In this document: positions 27,770 to 38,774 of the stretch, one piece after another
Numbering within the stretch: position 1 is the first letter of the stretch
How the letters are laid out: each line of letters begins with the position of its first letter
Sequence record: OR413575.1
Direction: 5' to 3' (one strand)
Length of the DNA stretch: 64,000 bases
Made by a program: the position numbers and the translations under genes
Notes under the pieces: generated by a model
What the model saw: only the letters and a program-made list of their open reading frames with translations
Told to the model about the DNA's origin: nothing
Database searches by the model: none

Positions 27770-29854
27770 TTAGGCGTTAAGCTCGTCACGGCGATAAGCA
27801 ACCGTGTAAGCGGACATTACGGTACGCATACCGTTTGCACCGATATCGATCGGGCAAGTCCAGCTATAACCACGCTGGTCATCGGCACGAGTTGCCTGAC
27901 TGTGCGGAACAACGTCCATGCGGTCATCCATAGCACCAGCGCATTTGTTGGTGATGGATTCGTCAGAACGTTCAATCAGCTGTTCCAGTTTCAGCTTCTG
28001 GTTACCGGTCAGGTCACGCCAAGTTTCCCAAGCATAACGAGCCAGCTGCGCAACGCACAGACCAACCAGTGCAGAGTTCAGTACGGAAGTCTGATCCGTA
28101 TAGAAGGACTGCATACCAGGATAGAACAGACGGTTGTTGTGGTCGTAATCTTCTACGTACACAACAGACTGAGCCCACAGGCGGCGTTTACCGCGCCATG
28201 CTTTATCGATGATGTTCAGATCTTTGAGTTCGGAAACAATGTAGTTACCGTTGTCAGAAGTATCCGGAGCACGATCAGGGTTCAGAACGCCGTTGTCACT
28301 TGCGCCATACCACATCAGTTTATACGCGAAGTCCACAGCCAGAACCGCATCGACGTTACGATTGTTCTGAGCCAGGTGGCCGGTATGACCGATGAGGGCA
28401 CCACGGAACGGAGGCGTGCCGTATTCCACGCTATCCGGGAACATCTGCAGACGAGTCAACAGAGAGGCTGCGATAGACTCTTCAGTTTCTTCATCGTTCG
28501 GATCACGCGTGATATCCTGTGTAGACAGAACCAGGTATGAATCCTGGCGGACACGCAGGAGGTTCATCAGGCTATATTTGGTAGCCAGGTCGTACCCAGA
28601 GTCAACCATGAAGTTGAACGGGAAGCGGGCCATGTTTTCCAAACGAACGCCGGGTGCTGACAGATCGTCGAAGATTTCTTTAACGAGTTCGTTGAAAACT
28701 TCGTTATTCATCGTACCATCAGAGCCGCCTTTGAAGTAGAACGTAGAGTTTTCGGTGAACATGATGCTACCGTCAACAATACCTTCCAGCTGCACAGAGT
28801 GGTAAGGAACATCTTCAACAGTTACTGCGCCGAGCAGGTTAACCTGCTGCCAGTCGTCTTCACCATCACCGACAGTACCGAAAGGTGATTCAGTTGCCTG
28901 AATCATTTTCAGAACTTCTTCAATAGTGGCATCGTACTGATGTACGCGACCGACCGGGCTACGCTGATAATATTCAGCGCTGTTGTCTTCCCACATGCCA
29001 GGGATACGCGCGTTGAAGTCCAGCAGAATACCACCGTCTTGTTCAGAAATTACTTTCTGACCGAAGGAGAAGGTAGTGCTGACCTGATCGTATTTGTTCG
29101 GAATAACTTTCGCTGCTTCGAACTCAGACGGACGGCGAACCAACTGCATACGGTTGATGAAGGAGTTAACTTCTTCATTCAGACCGACGCTTGCGGCAAT
29201 CGCGGAAGTAATAGTAGGAGCCCACATCGTGAAGCCGAGGTTGTTACCTGCGCTACCGAAGTCTGCTACTACCATGTCAATCAGAGGGATACGACGAGAT
29301 TTCTCACCACTAATGGAAGAAGTCATCGTACCTTCAGATTCCTTACGACGACCAAAGGTACTTAACCCTTTATCGTCTACCGGGATGGCCGATTCGAAGA
29401 ACGCATAGCGATAACCTTCGACGGTGTCACCGGTAGGAATCAGTGCGCCTGTTTGAGCATCACGTTTGTAGTCGCCGTTCGGAGTACGTTCGTATTCCGG
29501 GATCATGTCTTTAACAATTTCAATGTCAAAGCACAGAGTGGCTTCAGGGGCAGCATCTTTAGCGCGTAAGCGCCAGAAGATACCACGAGTTTGCGCTTTA
29601 ATTGCACGACTAATATAAGTCGTAGCGTGAGTCGCATAGTCGGAATCGAAATTGATAACCTCTTCGCCGTAAGACGAAACGATTTCCGAAGTGTGCATCC
29701 AGGCTGGTCCTTCTTTACCCATAGGGGCGAAGCTGAACATGATCGGACGAACAAACGGAAGGGGGGATTGATCTGGGCGTACTAGTCCGCCAGATTTATC
29801 CTGAGTCCCTAACCAATAAAGACCCGGAGTGGAACTTGTAATCTGCTCCATCAT
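27770..29854 (-). CDS. Tail sheath protein (phiKZ gp29-like)
   Basis: ~695 aa; GGSDG, DSGY and FPDSVEYGTP-type sheath motifs; divergent from the gp28/27/26/terminase block as in phiKZ. Confidence 0.85.
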   Translation of the reverse strand: MMEQITSSTPGLYWLGTQDKSGGLVRPDQSPLPFVRPIMFSFAPMGKEGPAWMHTSEIVSSYGEEVINFDSDYATHATTYISRAIKAQTRGIFWRLRAKDAAPEATLCFDIEIVKDMIPEYERTPNGDYKRDAQTGALIPTGDTVEGYRYAFFESAIPVDDKGLSTFGRRKESEGTMTSSISGEKSRRIPLIDMVVADFGSAGNNLGFTMWAPTITSAIAASVGLNEEVNSFINRMQLVRRPSEFEAAKVIPNKYDQVSTTFSFGQKVISEQDGGILLDFNARIPGMWEDNSAEYYQRSPVGRVHQYDATIEEVLKMIQATESPFGTVGDGEDDWQQVNLLGAVTVEDVPYHSVQLEGIVDGSIMFTENSTFYFKGGSDGTMNNEVFNELVKEIFDDLSAPGVRLENMARFPFNFMVDSGYDLATKYSLMNLLRVRQDSYLVLSTQDITRDPNDEETEESIAASLLTRLQMFPDSVEYGTPPFRGALIGHTGHLAQNNRNVDAVLAVDFAYKLMWYGASDNGVLNPDRAPDTSDNGNYIVSELKDLNIIDKAWRGKRRLWAQSVVYVEDYDHNNRLFYPGMQSFYTDQTSVLNSALVGLCVAQLARYAWETWRDLTGNQKLKLEQLIERSDESITNKCAGAMDDRMDVVPHSQATRADDQRGYSWTCPIDIGANGMRTVMSAYTVAYRRDELNA

Positions 29855-29886
29855 TATCTCCAACTAATTAGTTTAGGTCAAGACCA

Positions 29887-29895
29887 CGTAGTATG
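29887..29895 (+). promoter_or_regulatory. Late promoter motif (TAGTATG)
   Basis: TATG core, as described for phiKZ late promoters, upstream of the structural operon. Confidence 0.55.
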
Positions 29896-29952
29896 TACAT
29901 ACCTAGTCATACTAATCGAACTCTCATTCATTGCAATAACGGAGTAACACCA

Positions 29953-30864
29953 ATGTTTCGTACCGCTTACAGCACAACAGCTGCCTCTTCCTTTTATAGT
30001 AAGGAACTGAACCAGAGTTTAATCCTTGCTGCGGCAGAAGGGATTCTGGTGAATCCTAATCCCGAAATTCCTTCTCTCAAAGCCCTGGTCGACCGTGGGC
30101 CTCGATCAAAAGGTATTCCCCCATTTGAACATCCTGTCTGTTTAGAACAGAGCACCGGAAACATCTGGGTAGTGGATATGCGACCGTATGCCAGCCGTAT
30201 CGTTGCACAAGATGGGAGCCTTAATCTACCAACCGAAGGTCCTGTAGCACTACTGCTACTGCGCGCTAAGCTCGAAATGTACTGGAATCAGTTCAGTCAC
30301 GGTGAGATGTTATTCTGGGGTGACCTCCCGGTTGTTGTCTTCAGTCGCTGGATTACTAACTTATTGAAGAACCGCATGAACCTCGCTCCTACCGATATTG
30401 AACAGACTCAGGTATTAGCCGGTTATTACTACTTCAACCTTTTCTACGCAGAAGCTGACTTTGGTCAGCGGCAGGTGGATTCTGTCATTATGCGTCTTAA
30501 CCGCGTATTGGGTATCAGTATTGATAAAGTGCGCGCAGTTGTAACTGGTCTTGGGTACATGTCTACTCTGGCCGATCTGACTAAAGCTCTTAAAGAGCGT
30601 GTAGATAATCCGGCAATGCGTCTGTTGGATGAGAAATACCTATACGTGGTCACAATGAACTCTTGGTTCGGCAGTGCTGATGCGAAAGCATTAATCGCGG
30701 TTGCTTTGGAATTCCCGCCTGCGTTTATCGCGATGGTATTGAGTGCTGGTACTAACCAGTATAAGAAAACCATTATCGGTGAGGCGGTTGAACGTGAAAA
30801 ATCTCGCCATCGTTTCGGCCAATTCCAATCAGTTGTTAACGGCGCGGTTCGTTCCCTTAAATAA
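29953..30864 (+). CDS. Virion structural protein (phiKZ gp28-like)
   Basis: Synteny between sheath and terminase; SD GGAG, start ATG 29953. Confidence 0.7.
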   Translation: MFRTAYSTTAASSFYSKELNQSLILAAAEGILVNPNPEIPSLKALVDRGPRSKGIPPFEHPVCLEQSTGNIWVVDMRPYASRIVAQDGSLNLPTEGPVALLLLRAKLEMYWNQFSHGEMLFWGDLPVVVFSRWITNLLKNRMNLAPTDIEQTQVLAGYYYFNLFYAEADFGQRQVDSVIMRLNRVLGISIDKVRAVVTGLGYMSTLADLTKALKERVDNPAMRLLDEKYLYVVTMNSWFGSADAKALIAVALEFPPAFIAMVLSAGTNQYKKTIIGEAVEREKSRHRFGQFQSVVNGAVRSLK

Positions 30865-30875
30865 AGGTATAAACC

Positions 30876-33407
30876 ATGATCTCTGATTTCCTACAGGATT
30901 ACGTACAACGCAATATCTGGTGCGCACCCTTTCAGGATAATCAGGTAATCGTCGAGTTAAGTCGACTGTCTTTCCCATCAGGTACTGATAAACATGCAGA
31001 TATCTGGTGGGATGACATTACATTACCTGATCAGACGAGTAAGTGGACGATTTACAACTTCGGTCAGAATACACCGTGGCGTACATCGTTCCCTGACCGT
31101 CCAATGAAGTGGGTTCCATTAGCAGCGTGGGGCGAAGAGGCTAAAACCTTATTCGACTTTTACTTTGCAACTGGTCAACGTATGCCAACCTACCAGGCTT
31201 ATGTATTACTAACGCCTGACCAGGGTTACGTCATTGCGGTGAAGATGGATCAGTCTAAATACGACTTGATCAATCAGAAGTTGTATTTGCGTATTTATCG
31301 TAATGGCTTCTGGCGTTCTGACCGTAGCGATCTTTATCCTTATACTATCGAATACGGTGGTGGTAAAGTTTTACAACGCTCGATTCTCGAAGAGTATATT
31401 CGTGACATCGCTTACCTGCGTCGATTCCCCGGCGTAGTGAACGTTTACCTGAACGGTAAGTGGGTTGATAATATCTCTACCGATATGGTGAAGACGGGCG
31501 ATTACGTTGAGTACGTACACGACGGTGCTGTCGGTCGCATCGTAGACTTTAAAGTCTCTAATCTACGTGACTTCTTTAGTGAACTGGATAAAGTTAAGAA
31601 GTACTTGCTACATCCACCAAAAGAAGATCATCAAACCATTCGCTATCGTGACGACATTGATCTTTATGTCTACCGTAAACGTGAACTTGGTTTAGAGGGG
31701 CGTTATTATAACCGTCACCGTGAAGACTCCGTTCGTATGGTTACCCATACAGATTACAGCATCCCGGTAGCTCAGATTGAATCTTTGACTCAAGATCCTA
31801 CTGATAAGTGGGCGAGTGTTGAAGATCTCTATGTTCGTATCCATATCCGTGAGTCTGGTTATGATCGTCCTCTAGTGAATGAATACACGCATCTGAACGA
31901 ATTGTACCGAATGACCGATGTTGAAATCAGTCGTGCTTTACTGGGTGTGGATGCTACACTGGATGAGTGGTACGCTCCGATTCTGGAGCAGTCCTACTAC
32001 ACGGCATGTATGCGTAAATGGTGGCCTCCGTTTGACTACGTTAAGTTGTTGGATATGTTGGGTTACGATGCACTGACTTCGTTGTTAAGTCCGAGTCCGA
32101 TTCTGTCTTCTAATGAATCTGGAATTCTGAGTATTCGACTTAACCCAGCGCAGCGTTCAGATGCCACTGTGTTTGAATATAACAGTGACGGTTTGTACCT
32201 GGGTCATTACTACCATTCTACAGGTGAACTTTACCATTGCCGTAACAATGATTGCGCATTTGGCGAGGTTTATTTGGGGAAAGGTGATAAGGTATTAGAC
32301 TGGATTGCTGGTAACGCAGATGTTGAGTTGCAAAGTGGTCGTATGTATCGTTTCTACTTCTGTCCGAAGTCGAAAGACAAACCGACATTAGCGTATCAGC
32401 GCGCGGTTGAGGGAGTAAACTATATCATTGATAATGGTACAGTGAAATGGATACACCGTAACACCGGATATGAAGGTCTGGTTTGGAGCGACAAACGTTT
32501 CCTTATTAACGATGTTAAATGGTTGAGTAACAGTGGTGTGTATAAGCTGAATATTAACCATTCGGAAACTAACGCGACTCCTCTTCCTATTCCGATGGAA
32601 GACTTGATGCTGTTGATCAATGGACAGTCTGCTGTTGAAGGTACTGACTACTACGTCCAATGGCCGGAGATCACTGTTGTATCGAAAGACCTTATTTATA
32701 CTGACAAAGAGAACACTTTTGTTATTGTAGGTAATGGGATGACGAAAGATGGTGTGCGTACTCCGCCTAAAGATGTTGGGTTTGTATTCCAAGGAATGGC
32801 GTCAGTGAATGATCGTTTCGATCTGCGCGATGGTCGAGTGATGCGTTTTGTTGTAGACGGGCGTGTCAAGCTACGCGATCAAATGTATTTCGCAGAAGAT
32901 TATCCGGATGATACGAAAGAACTGTTACCAAACGGCGCTATCTATCAGTCAAGTCCGGTATACGTTCCGATTCGTGATATCACTTACCAGCAGATGGATG
33001 ATCTTCGTGCTAAACAGCTAGATTTCAACCAACGTCTGGAAGACTTCCTGACAGTCCGTTATCCTCAGCCTAAGATTGATGGACCGAACCCAATCTCACG
33101 TCGCCATATTGTTTACAGTCCGATGTTAACGCAGATTGTTTACGATATTCAGAATGGGGCGTTAATTCCGCCAATGGTTCCTGAGAACGTTGACGAAACT
33201 CAGCGTAAGGTTAAAGGGTATCTCGACTGGTTAGAAGTAGAACCTAGCGTCGTGGGTGTAAACCCTAGCTACGTCATCATTGTCGCTCACCCGTTCGATG
33301 ATATGATTGAAGTCGATAGACTCACATACCGCTTCCTCCAACAAATTGTGAAGATGTACTTGAAAGATACAATCGATCTGAATACGCACTTCACTATTAA
33401 GGATTAA
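30876..33407 (+). CDS. Virion structural protein (phiKZ gp27-like)
   Basis: 843 aa; NIWCAPFQD N-terminus; synteny. Confidence 0.75.
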   Translation: MISDFLQDYVQRNIWCAPFQDNQVIVELSRLSFPSGTDKHADIWWDDITLPDQTSKWTIYNFGQNTPWRTSFPDRPMKWVPLAAWGEEAKTLFDFYFATGQRMPTYQAYVLLTPDQGYVIAVKMDQSKYDLINQKLYLRIYRNGFWRSDRSDLYPYTIEYGGGKVLQRSILEEYIRDIAYLRRFPGVVNVYLNGKWVDNISTDMVKTGDYVEYVHDGAVGRIVDFKVSNLRDFFSELDKVKKYLLHPPKEDHQTIRYRDDIDLYVYRKRELGLEGRYYNRHREDSVRMVTHTDYSIPVAQIESLTQDPTDKWASVEDLYVRIHIRESGYDRPLVNEYTHLNELYRMTDVEISRALLGVDATLDEWYAPILEQSYYTACMRKWWPPFDYVKLLDMLGYDALTSLLSPSPILSSNESGILSIRLNPAQRSDATVFEYNSDGLYLGHYYHSTGELYHCRNNDCAFGEVYLGKGDKVLDWIAGNADVELQSGRMYRFYFCPKSKDKPTLAYQRAVEGVNYIIDNGTVKWIHRNTGYEGLVWSDKRFLINDVKWLSNSGVYKLNINHSETNATPLPIPMEDLMLLINGQSAVEGTDYYVQWPEITVVSKDLIYTDKENTFVIVGNGMTKDGVRTPPKDVGFVFQGMASVNDRFDLRDGRVMRFVVDGRVKLRDQMYFAEDYPDDTKELLPNGAIYQSSPVYVPIRDITYQQMDDLRAKQLDFNQRLEDFLTVRYPQPKIDGPNPISRRHIVYSPMLTQIVYDIQNGALIPPMVPENVDETQRKVKGYLDWLEVEPSVVGVNPSYVIIVAHPFDDMIEVDRLTYRFLQQIVKMYLKDTIDLNTHFTIKD

Positions 33408-33409
33408 TA

Positions 33410-35140
33410 ATGTCGACTATTAAAACAAATATCCATGGCGTACGCTATGCTACTGTTTTAACTGCCGAAACCGCACAAAAGAACGTCCCTATCTGGGATC
33501 CGGAGGGCCTCCACAAAGAATGGGGCCTTTGGGAACTCTACATGGGGCCGGATCATATCGGTGAAGGTAAGAAAGGCAGATTCGTAGGTAACGTTCTTGA
33601 TAAAGTATGGGATCCCGTCAAAGGCACTCAGTATATCAAAGAGCTGAACCCGACTACACTTATCCCTGTATTAGCACGCGTAGAAGAGCCTTCTCAGGGC
33701 GGCGCAGATACTCAAGACTTCCTGTTAGGTGTGGGTGATCGTTGGCCGCAACAGGGATTTTTTGTCTACGTAGACAACGAGCAAGAGATCCCTCGTATCT
33801 CTCTGGACTCACAAGCAATTTTCCGTCACCCTAACGTGGAATACTTCCGCCTGTACGGGTACAGTGAAACTGCTGGTGAAGAAATCTTATCGGCTTGGTA
33901 TAACCAAACTGGTGAGTATGTGGATAACCAAATCCCGCGTTTAAACGTGGAGGCTGTTGATTCCCCATACGGGTATAAGTATTACGTTCCGGAATCATTC
34001 TGGGGTACGCGTCAACTTATCCCTGGTGAAGAAGTTAAACTGGTTGGGTTCAGTAAATCCAACAGTCAGGTGACGGAAGCACCTTTCGTTGTTCGTGATG
34101 GTAACTTCATCCGGCGTGGTAATACACCGACTCGTCGTATTGTAAGTGTTGAACTCCGCAGTCCTTATCTGAGCACTACGGAAGAAAACCGCTTACGTAT
34201 TCCGACCGGTACCAACGTTGCATCTATTGCAATGATGGCGCGTGTCACTATGGATAGTGGTCGTTATGTAGACTTACCAATTGATGGTCAGAAAGTTCGT
34301 GTACAGGGCTTGGAAGAAACGGTAACATCTTCTCCTGGCTATCTGCGTGACCTTATCCTTTACTATTACTTAGGTGAAGGTGAGGTTTACATCGGCTCTG
34401 ACAATAATGATGGTAAAGCGCTGAAGAAACGTTATACCGTGGAAGTGGATCCTACTCAGGAAACTTACGGCTTCAAACTGTACGTATACCCGAGCTGGAT
34501 TGATGCTAACACCGGTTACGGTCTGGTAGCGTTCCTGCATGATTACGATCACAGTCAGGTGTACGATGTATCGAACATGATCGAGCTGTCCTCTAACAGT
34601 GCTGAATGGGATCCGAAGAAATACGGCGTTAAGCAGTATCTTCGTTTCGCAATCGACGTTGATAAAGTGGATCCTCGTTATGGTCAGTATCGCCATACTC
34701 AGGTAATGCAGTTCACTCTGATTGAACCTGCGTTAGTAGATGCAGATACTCACTGGCGTGCGTACTTCGAAGATGGGCAAAACCCTGGTTATGGTGACAA
34801 TGTTGTCGCTAATCTGGAATTCGTGTCTTCTCAGGATTGGACTGGCGACGTAAGTTGCGGTGCTCAATCTCTGGATGAATGGCTGGATCGTCTGTACTAC
34901 AGAACGCTTCCGTTGTTTGATCCACAGACTGAATCCAAACCGATGGTTCCAACCCACTTCGTATTCACCGTACGTGGTCAACGTTATCGTCATCCTATTT
35001 CCGATTGGAATAGTGTGATTCGTGTCAAGACTGGCGGGGCTGAGGGTGAATCCTCTGTTATCCACTTTATTTCCAGTCAGGACGGCGTTGATCTGCAGTT
35101 GGGTAGTAGTGCTTTGTTTATCCATCAGATCATCGCTTAA
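33410..35140 (+). CDS. Virion structural protein (phiKZ gp26-like)
   Basis: 576 aa; synteny directly upstream of the terminase. Confidence 0.7.
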   Translation: MSTIKTNIHGVRYATVLTAETAQKNVPIWDPEGLHKEWGLWELYMGPDHIGEGKKGRFVGNVLDKVWDPVKGTQYIKELNPTTLIPVLARVEEPSQGGADTQDFLLGVGDRWPQQGFFVYVDNEQEIPRISLDSQAIFRHPNVEYFRLYGYSETAGEEILSAWYNQTGEYVDNQIPRLNVEAVDSPYGYKYYVPESFWGTRQLIPGEEVKLVGFSKSNSQVTEAPFVVRDGNFIRRGNTPTRRIVSVELRSPYLSTTEENRLRIPTGTNVASIAMMARVTMDSGRYVDLPIDGQKVRVQGLEETVTSSPGYLRDLILYYYLGEGEVYIGSDNNDGKALKKRYTVEVDPTQETYGFKLYVYPSWIDANTGYGLVAFLHDYDHSQVYDVSNMIELSSNSAEWDPKKYGVKQYLRFAIDVDKVDPRYGQYRHTQVMQFTLIEPALVDADTHWRAYFEDGQNPGYGDNVVANLEFVSSQDWTGDVSCGAQSLDEWLDRLYYRTLPLFDPQTESKPMVPTHFVFTVRGQRYRHPISDWNSVIRVKTGGAEGESSVIHFISSQDGVDLQLGSSALFIHQIIA

Positions 35141-35188
35141 TGTAGGGAGAGGGGCCTTCGGGCTCTTCTCCTTTTGAGGAGCTATGTG

Positions 35189-37309
35189 ATGATACTATTC
35201 GAGAAAGATTGGGCGAAATATCCTCACGCTACAGTTAACCATTTGACTAAGAATAAGAGCTTCTTAAACTACGCTGCTATTCTTAAAGCAATTGGGGTTA
35301 AAAACCATCTGTGGCCGTTGTCGGTTTTGAACCCAGCACTAGTGGGTGTTGACCCACATTCCCCTGAACTGTCTTTAGGACATATGGGGATGATCAAAGC
35401 AGAAACCGAGGATAACCCTTGGTACTATCTGCGTGAATGCTTAATCGTACCGGCACCATCCGGTATCGGCGGTGATCCGTTCCGTGCTAACCGCGCTAAC
35501 ATGTCAATGGTTTGGTCTTTCTTAAACCATGTCGACTATATGTTAATCCAACCTCGTCAGACAGGTAAAACAATTACCATCTCTGCGTTGATTAGCTGGC
35601 TGTTGTACATCAAGCTCTGGAACACCCGTATTGGACTAGTTACAAAATCAGACGACCTTCGTCGAGATACATCCGAGAAGGTTCGACAAATGCGAGGTGG
35701 GCTACCAGCGTATCTTACAATTGCTGATAGGCGAGATTCTATCACTGATGCGCTGGTAACGTATAAGACCCGTGGTAACCGTTTTGTATTATCAGTTAGT
35801 CGCGGTGATCCTGCTGGCGCTATTAAAGTAGGTCGTGGTAACACCGTACCTGTTAACCTTTGGGATGAATTTCCATTTATACCTCACGTTAAGATCGCAT
35901 ACGGGGCAGCAATGCCAGGTACCGATGCCGCGTACAAAAACGCCCGTGAAAAAGGTTTACCGTATGGTTCATTAATCACTACTACAGCTGGGTCGCAAGA
36001 TAGTCGTGACGGTGAGTTTGCATACAAGATCCTGTCAGAAGCTGCTAAGTGGACTGACAAGATGTTTGATACCGAAGATGAGCATGGTTACCGCGAGATG
36101 GTTAAAGCTCACTGTCGTGGTCGTAAGATCATCGTTAACGGTACTTGGTCACATGCTCAAATGGGTGTACCAGATGCAGTTCACTATGCGAACATTGCGA
36201 ACTCCACGCAGGAAGGCGATGACGCTGCTCGAGATTACTTTAACATCTGGACAGTTGGTGGCGATCAACACCCGCTGGATAAAGGAACGTTGAAGAAAAT
36301 CAAAGACAGTCAGATGGACAGTGCTTACGATGAAGTTATTAACGGATTCGTAATCAACTGGTTCTACCCTAAACATGTTGTCGATGAGTTCATTGACAAG
36401 CCAATGATGCTGGGGAACGATACATCTGAAGGCGGTGGGAATGATGGATTATCAATGTCGTTTGTTAACCCAGAGGATGGTGGGGTATTAGGGACGTCCA
36501 CTTTGAACGAAGCGTTATTGCCTCGTTACGGTGAATTCGTAGCAGATGTCTTGATAAAATACAAAAAGACTTTGTATATCCCTGAACGTAAGTCTACTGG
36601 ACAAACGTTTATTGATACGGTCTGTATTGCATTACACGCAGAGGGGATTGATCCGTTCCGTCGTATCTACAACTCTATCGTCGATAACTCTGATGTGGAT
36701 GTAAAAGCATTCACTGAAATCCGTGGCGATATGAACGCTCGTGATGATGCTTTCTACATGCGTCGTAAAACGAAGTTCGGTTTCAGCACCGGTGTTAAAA
36801 CCCGTAAGGAATTGTACGATTCAGTATTCCAGTTAATGGCGAAGAAAGCAGGTAGTCGTTGCCGTGATGTTACTTTGATCAACCAGATCATGGGGCTGGA
36901 ATCTAAGAACGGACGTGTTGACCATAGTTCAGGTAAACATGATGACTCCGTAATTAGCTGGTTATTGTGCGGTTGGGTAATGTTGTACGGTGTTCATCTC
37001 GAATATTACGGTATAAAGCACTCTATCGTCTTCTCTAAGGCTGCTGAGGACCGCGATGTTAGCGATGATGAGATAATGCGCAGGATCCAATTAGAAGAGC
37101 TCACAGAGCGTATGGAAGAGCTTATAGAGATGATGGCTGTAACCGACATCCCTATCTTGCTGACGAAATACGAACAAGAACTCAATCTGATTGAGAAGGA
37201 GTTAAGTGACCTTGGCCATCAAGGGTTCAACATCCGTGCGAAGATAGACGAAATTAATAAAAATAGATACAAGCGAGTCCAGCAGTACGACAAGTATTAT
37301 CGTCGCTAG
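35189..37309 (+). CDS. terL: Terminase large subunit
   Basis: Walker A QPRQTGKT, Walker B VNLWDE, coupling motif ITTTAG, and nuclease acidic residues GNDTSEG and HDDSVI. Confidence 0.93.
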   Translation: MILFEKDWAKYPHATVNHLTKNKSFLNYAAILKAIGVKNHLWPLSVLNPALVGVDPHSPELSLGHMGMIKAETEDNPWYYLRECLIVPAPSGIGGDPFRANRANMSMVWSFLNHVDYMLIQPRQTGKTITISALISWLLYIKLWNTRIGLVTKSDDLRRDTSEKVRQMRGGLPAYLTIADRRDSITDALVTYKTRGNRFVLSVSRGDPAGAIKVGRGNTVPVNLWDEFPFIPHVKIAYGAAMPGTDAAYKNAREKGLPYGSLITTTAGSQDSRDGEFAYKILSEAAKWTDKMFDTEDEHGYREMVKAHCRGRKIIVNGTWSHAQMGVPDAVHYANIANSTQEGDDAARDYFNIWTVGGDQHPLDKGTLKKIKDSQMDSAYDEVINGFVINWFYPKHVVDEFIDKPMMLGNDTSEGGGNDGLSMSFVNPEDGGVLGTSTLNEALLPRYGEFVADVLIKYKKTLYIPERKSTGQTFIDTVCIALHAEGIDPFRRIYNSIVDNSDVDVKAFTEIRGDMNARDDAFYMRRKTKFGFSTGVKTRKELYDSVFQLMAKKAGSRCRDVTLINQIMGLESKNGRVDHSSGKHDDSVISWLLCGWVMLYGVHLEYYGIKHSIVFSKAAEDRDVSDDEIMRRIQLEELTERMEELIEMMAVTDIPILLTKYEQELNLIEKELSDLGHQGFNIRAKIDEINKNRYKRVQQYDKYYRR

Positions 37310-37324
37310 TCTAACTTGTTCTTA

Positions 37325-37346
37325 AATATATATTACTAGAGTGAAG
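37325..37346 (+). promoter_or_regulatory. Early promoter
   Basis: AATATATATTACTAGAGTGAAG. Confidence 0.75.
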
Positions 37347-37393
37347 AGGCATTCGCTTCTTCATTCTTTTATTTTGCCATAAGGTTAATAGAC

Positions 37394-38152
37394 ATGAATA
37401 TTAAAGGTTTCCCTTTCGACTCATTTACTCCTGCTACTAATAAGTTAATGCTGGATTTAGGTATTGAACAAACGCTGATCGATTTTGCCTCTGCTAACAT
37501 TGAACGTAACGATGTAGCACATCGCCATGATCATGTTGAAGATGTAATACTGAAAGTCTTCGATTATTACGATGCTCTCTATGGTATAGCTAATACGCCG
37601 TTAGTAGTTAATGAGAAACGTCGGGCAGTTGCAGCGGCGTTATTACATGACATCGGTTGCTGGATGGATCGCGATGCTCACCACCTGATTGCATCTAATT
37701 GGGTATTGTCATTGCGTGAAGATCAATTCAGTCAAATGTTCTACGGTATTAATCCTGACGACATTTCTGTGGTCGCAGTAGCTATCTTAGAGCATCGGGC
37801 CAGTTGGAAGTTTGCACGTAAATCAGCAGTAAGTGATATTGTTGCAGCTGCGGATCGTGGTTCCTTCTGTCCGAAGGAATATCTTCGCCGTGCTTACTTA
37901 TACGGGCGTAGTAAGTTAAAGATGCGCGGTAGTGAAGCTCTGACAAGAGCTGTAGATCATTTCATGGAAAAGTATAAAGATGGGGGATATGTATACGAAG
38001 CGATGCCTGAAATCTGTAAGCAATTCAACCAAGCCAGTATTGCGCAGATTAAAGCTGCTGCTAACAATCGTGCGTGGTGTGAAGATACTATCGCAGATAA
38101 CATGTTAGAGTGGGAAGTGACTTATGAGGAGATGACTAATGCAAGTAGCTAA
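37394..38152 (+). CDS. HD-domain phosphohydrolase
   Basis: H..DH, ALLHDIG, HH, ILEH and AAADR metal-binding motifs. Confidence 0.85.
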   Translation: MNIKGFPFDSFTPATNKLMLDLGIEQTLIDFASANIERNDVAHRHDHVEDVILKVFDYYDALYGIANTPLVVNEKRRAVAAALLHDIGCWMDRDAHHLIASNWVLSLREDQFSQMFYGINPDDISVVAVAILEHRASWKFARKSAVSDIVAAADRGSFCPKEYLRRAYLYGRSKLKMRGSEALTRAVDHFMEKYKDGGYVYEAMPEICKQFNQASIAQIKAAANNRAWCEDTIADNMLEWEVTYEEMTNASS

Positions 38153-38651
38153 TTTAAAGAGTAGGACGCATTCTCCTACTCGTGCTATGCCGGTACGTAT
38201 CGCTAGTACGTTAGCATTTATTGAGAGCTATCGTAAATCGCGAGCGGCCGAATCTAATTTTGAACTAAAACGGGAGAACATACATGCTCATGAGTTTGCT
38301 TATTTGATCACAGATCTGCCATCTGGTAAATTCTTTGTATACGGTATCGTAAGTAAAAGGAATCCTGATAACACAGGTGTGTTAACGGAAGAAGATTTAA
38401 CTGAAATTAAAGCATTGATTCCTGATGATCAGGAGTATGTTGATATCGTTCGCGGGTTCGACTTTGAAGCGGATGAAGACAACAGTGAAATAACTGTTTA
38501 CCTGGGTGCTGAATGGGTATTTGCAATACTGGTGGACGAAGAGTTAGGATGTTACACGATTGAACGCAACGAATACCTGGATCGCTCTTCAGATATTTAT
38601 ACATTAATCAAGACTGCTGGCAAAGCATTCAGAATAGCAAGAGGCTACTGA
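38139..38651 (+). CDS. Hypothetical protein
   Basis: 170-aa ORF, SD GAGG, overlapping upstream stop. Confidence 0.65.
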   Translation: MQVANLKSRTHSPTRAMPVRIASTLAFIESYRKSRAAESNFELKRENIHAHEFAYLITDLPSGKFFVYGIVSKRNPDNTGVLTEEDLTEIKALIPDDQEYVDIVRGFDFEADEDNSEITVYLGAEWVFAILVDEELGCYTIERNEYLDRSSDIYTLIKTAGKAFRIARGY

Positions 38652-38657
38652 CAGCAT

Positions 38658-38687
38658 AGCCCCCGGACCCGTTAAGGTCCGGGGGCT
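38658..38687. terminator. Bidirectional terminator
   Basis: AGCCCCCGGACC-CGTTAA-GGTCCGGGGGCT; TATGCTGTC tail on the minus strand. Confidence 0.8.
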
Positions 38688-38708
38688 TAGCCAGGGGTAT
38701 CTTATCCC

Positions 38709-38774
38709 TTATTTTTTTTTTGACTGAAGGCCGATGGTATCTAGAAGGTGATCAAGATATGAGGTATCCGCCAA
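38709..38774 (-). CDS. Candidate 21-aa peptide (TTG start) behind a structured leader
   Basis: AAGGAG 7 nt upstream of TTG; MADTSYLDHLLDTIGLQSKKK. Confidence 0.35.
   Translation of the reverse strand: MADTSYLDHLLDTIGLQSKKK

Noticed and set aside
27150-29785. Several 100-212-aa plus-strand ORFs inside the sheath and tube genes
   Set aside because: No SD; typical shadows of strongly codon-biased genes.
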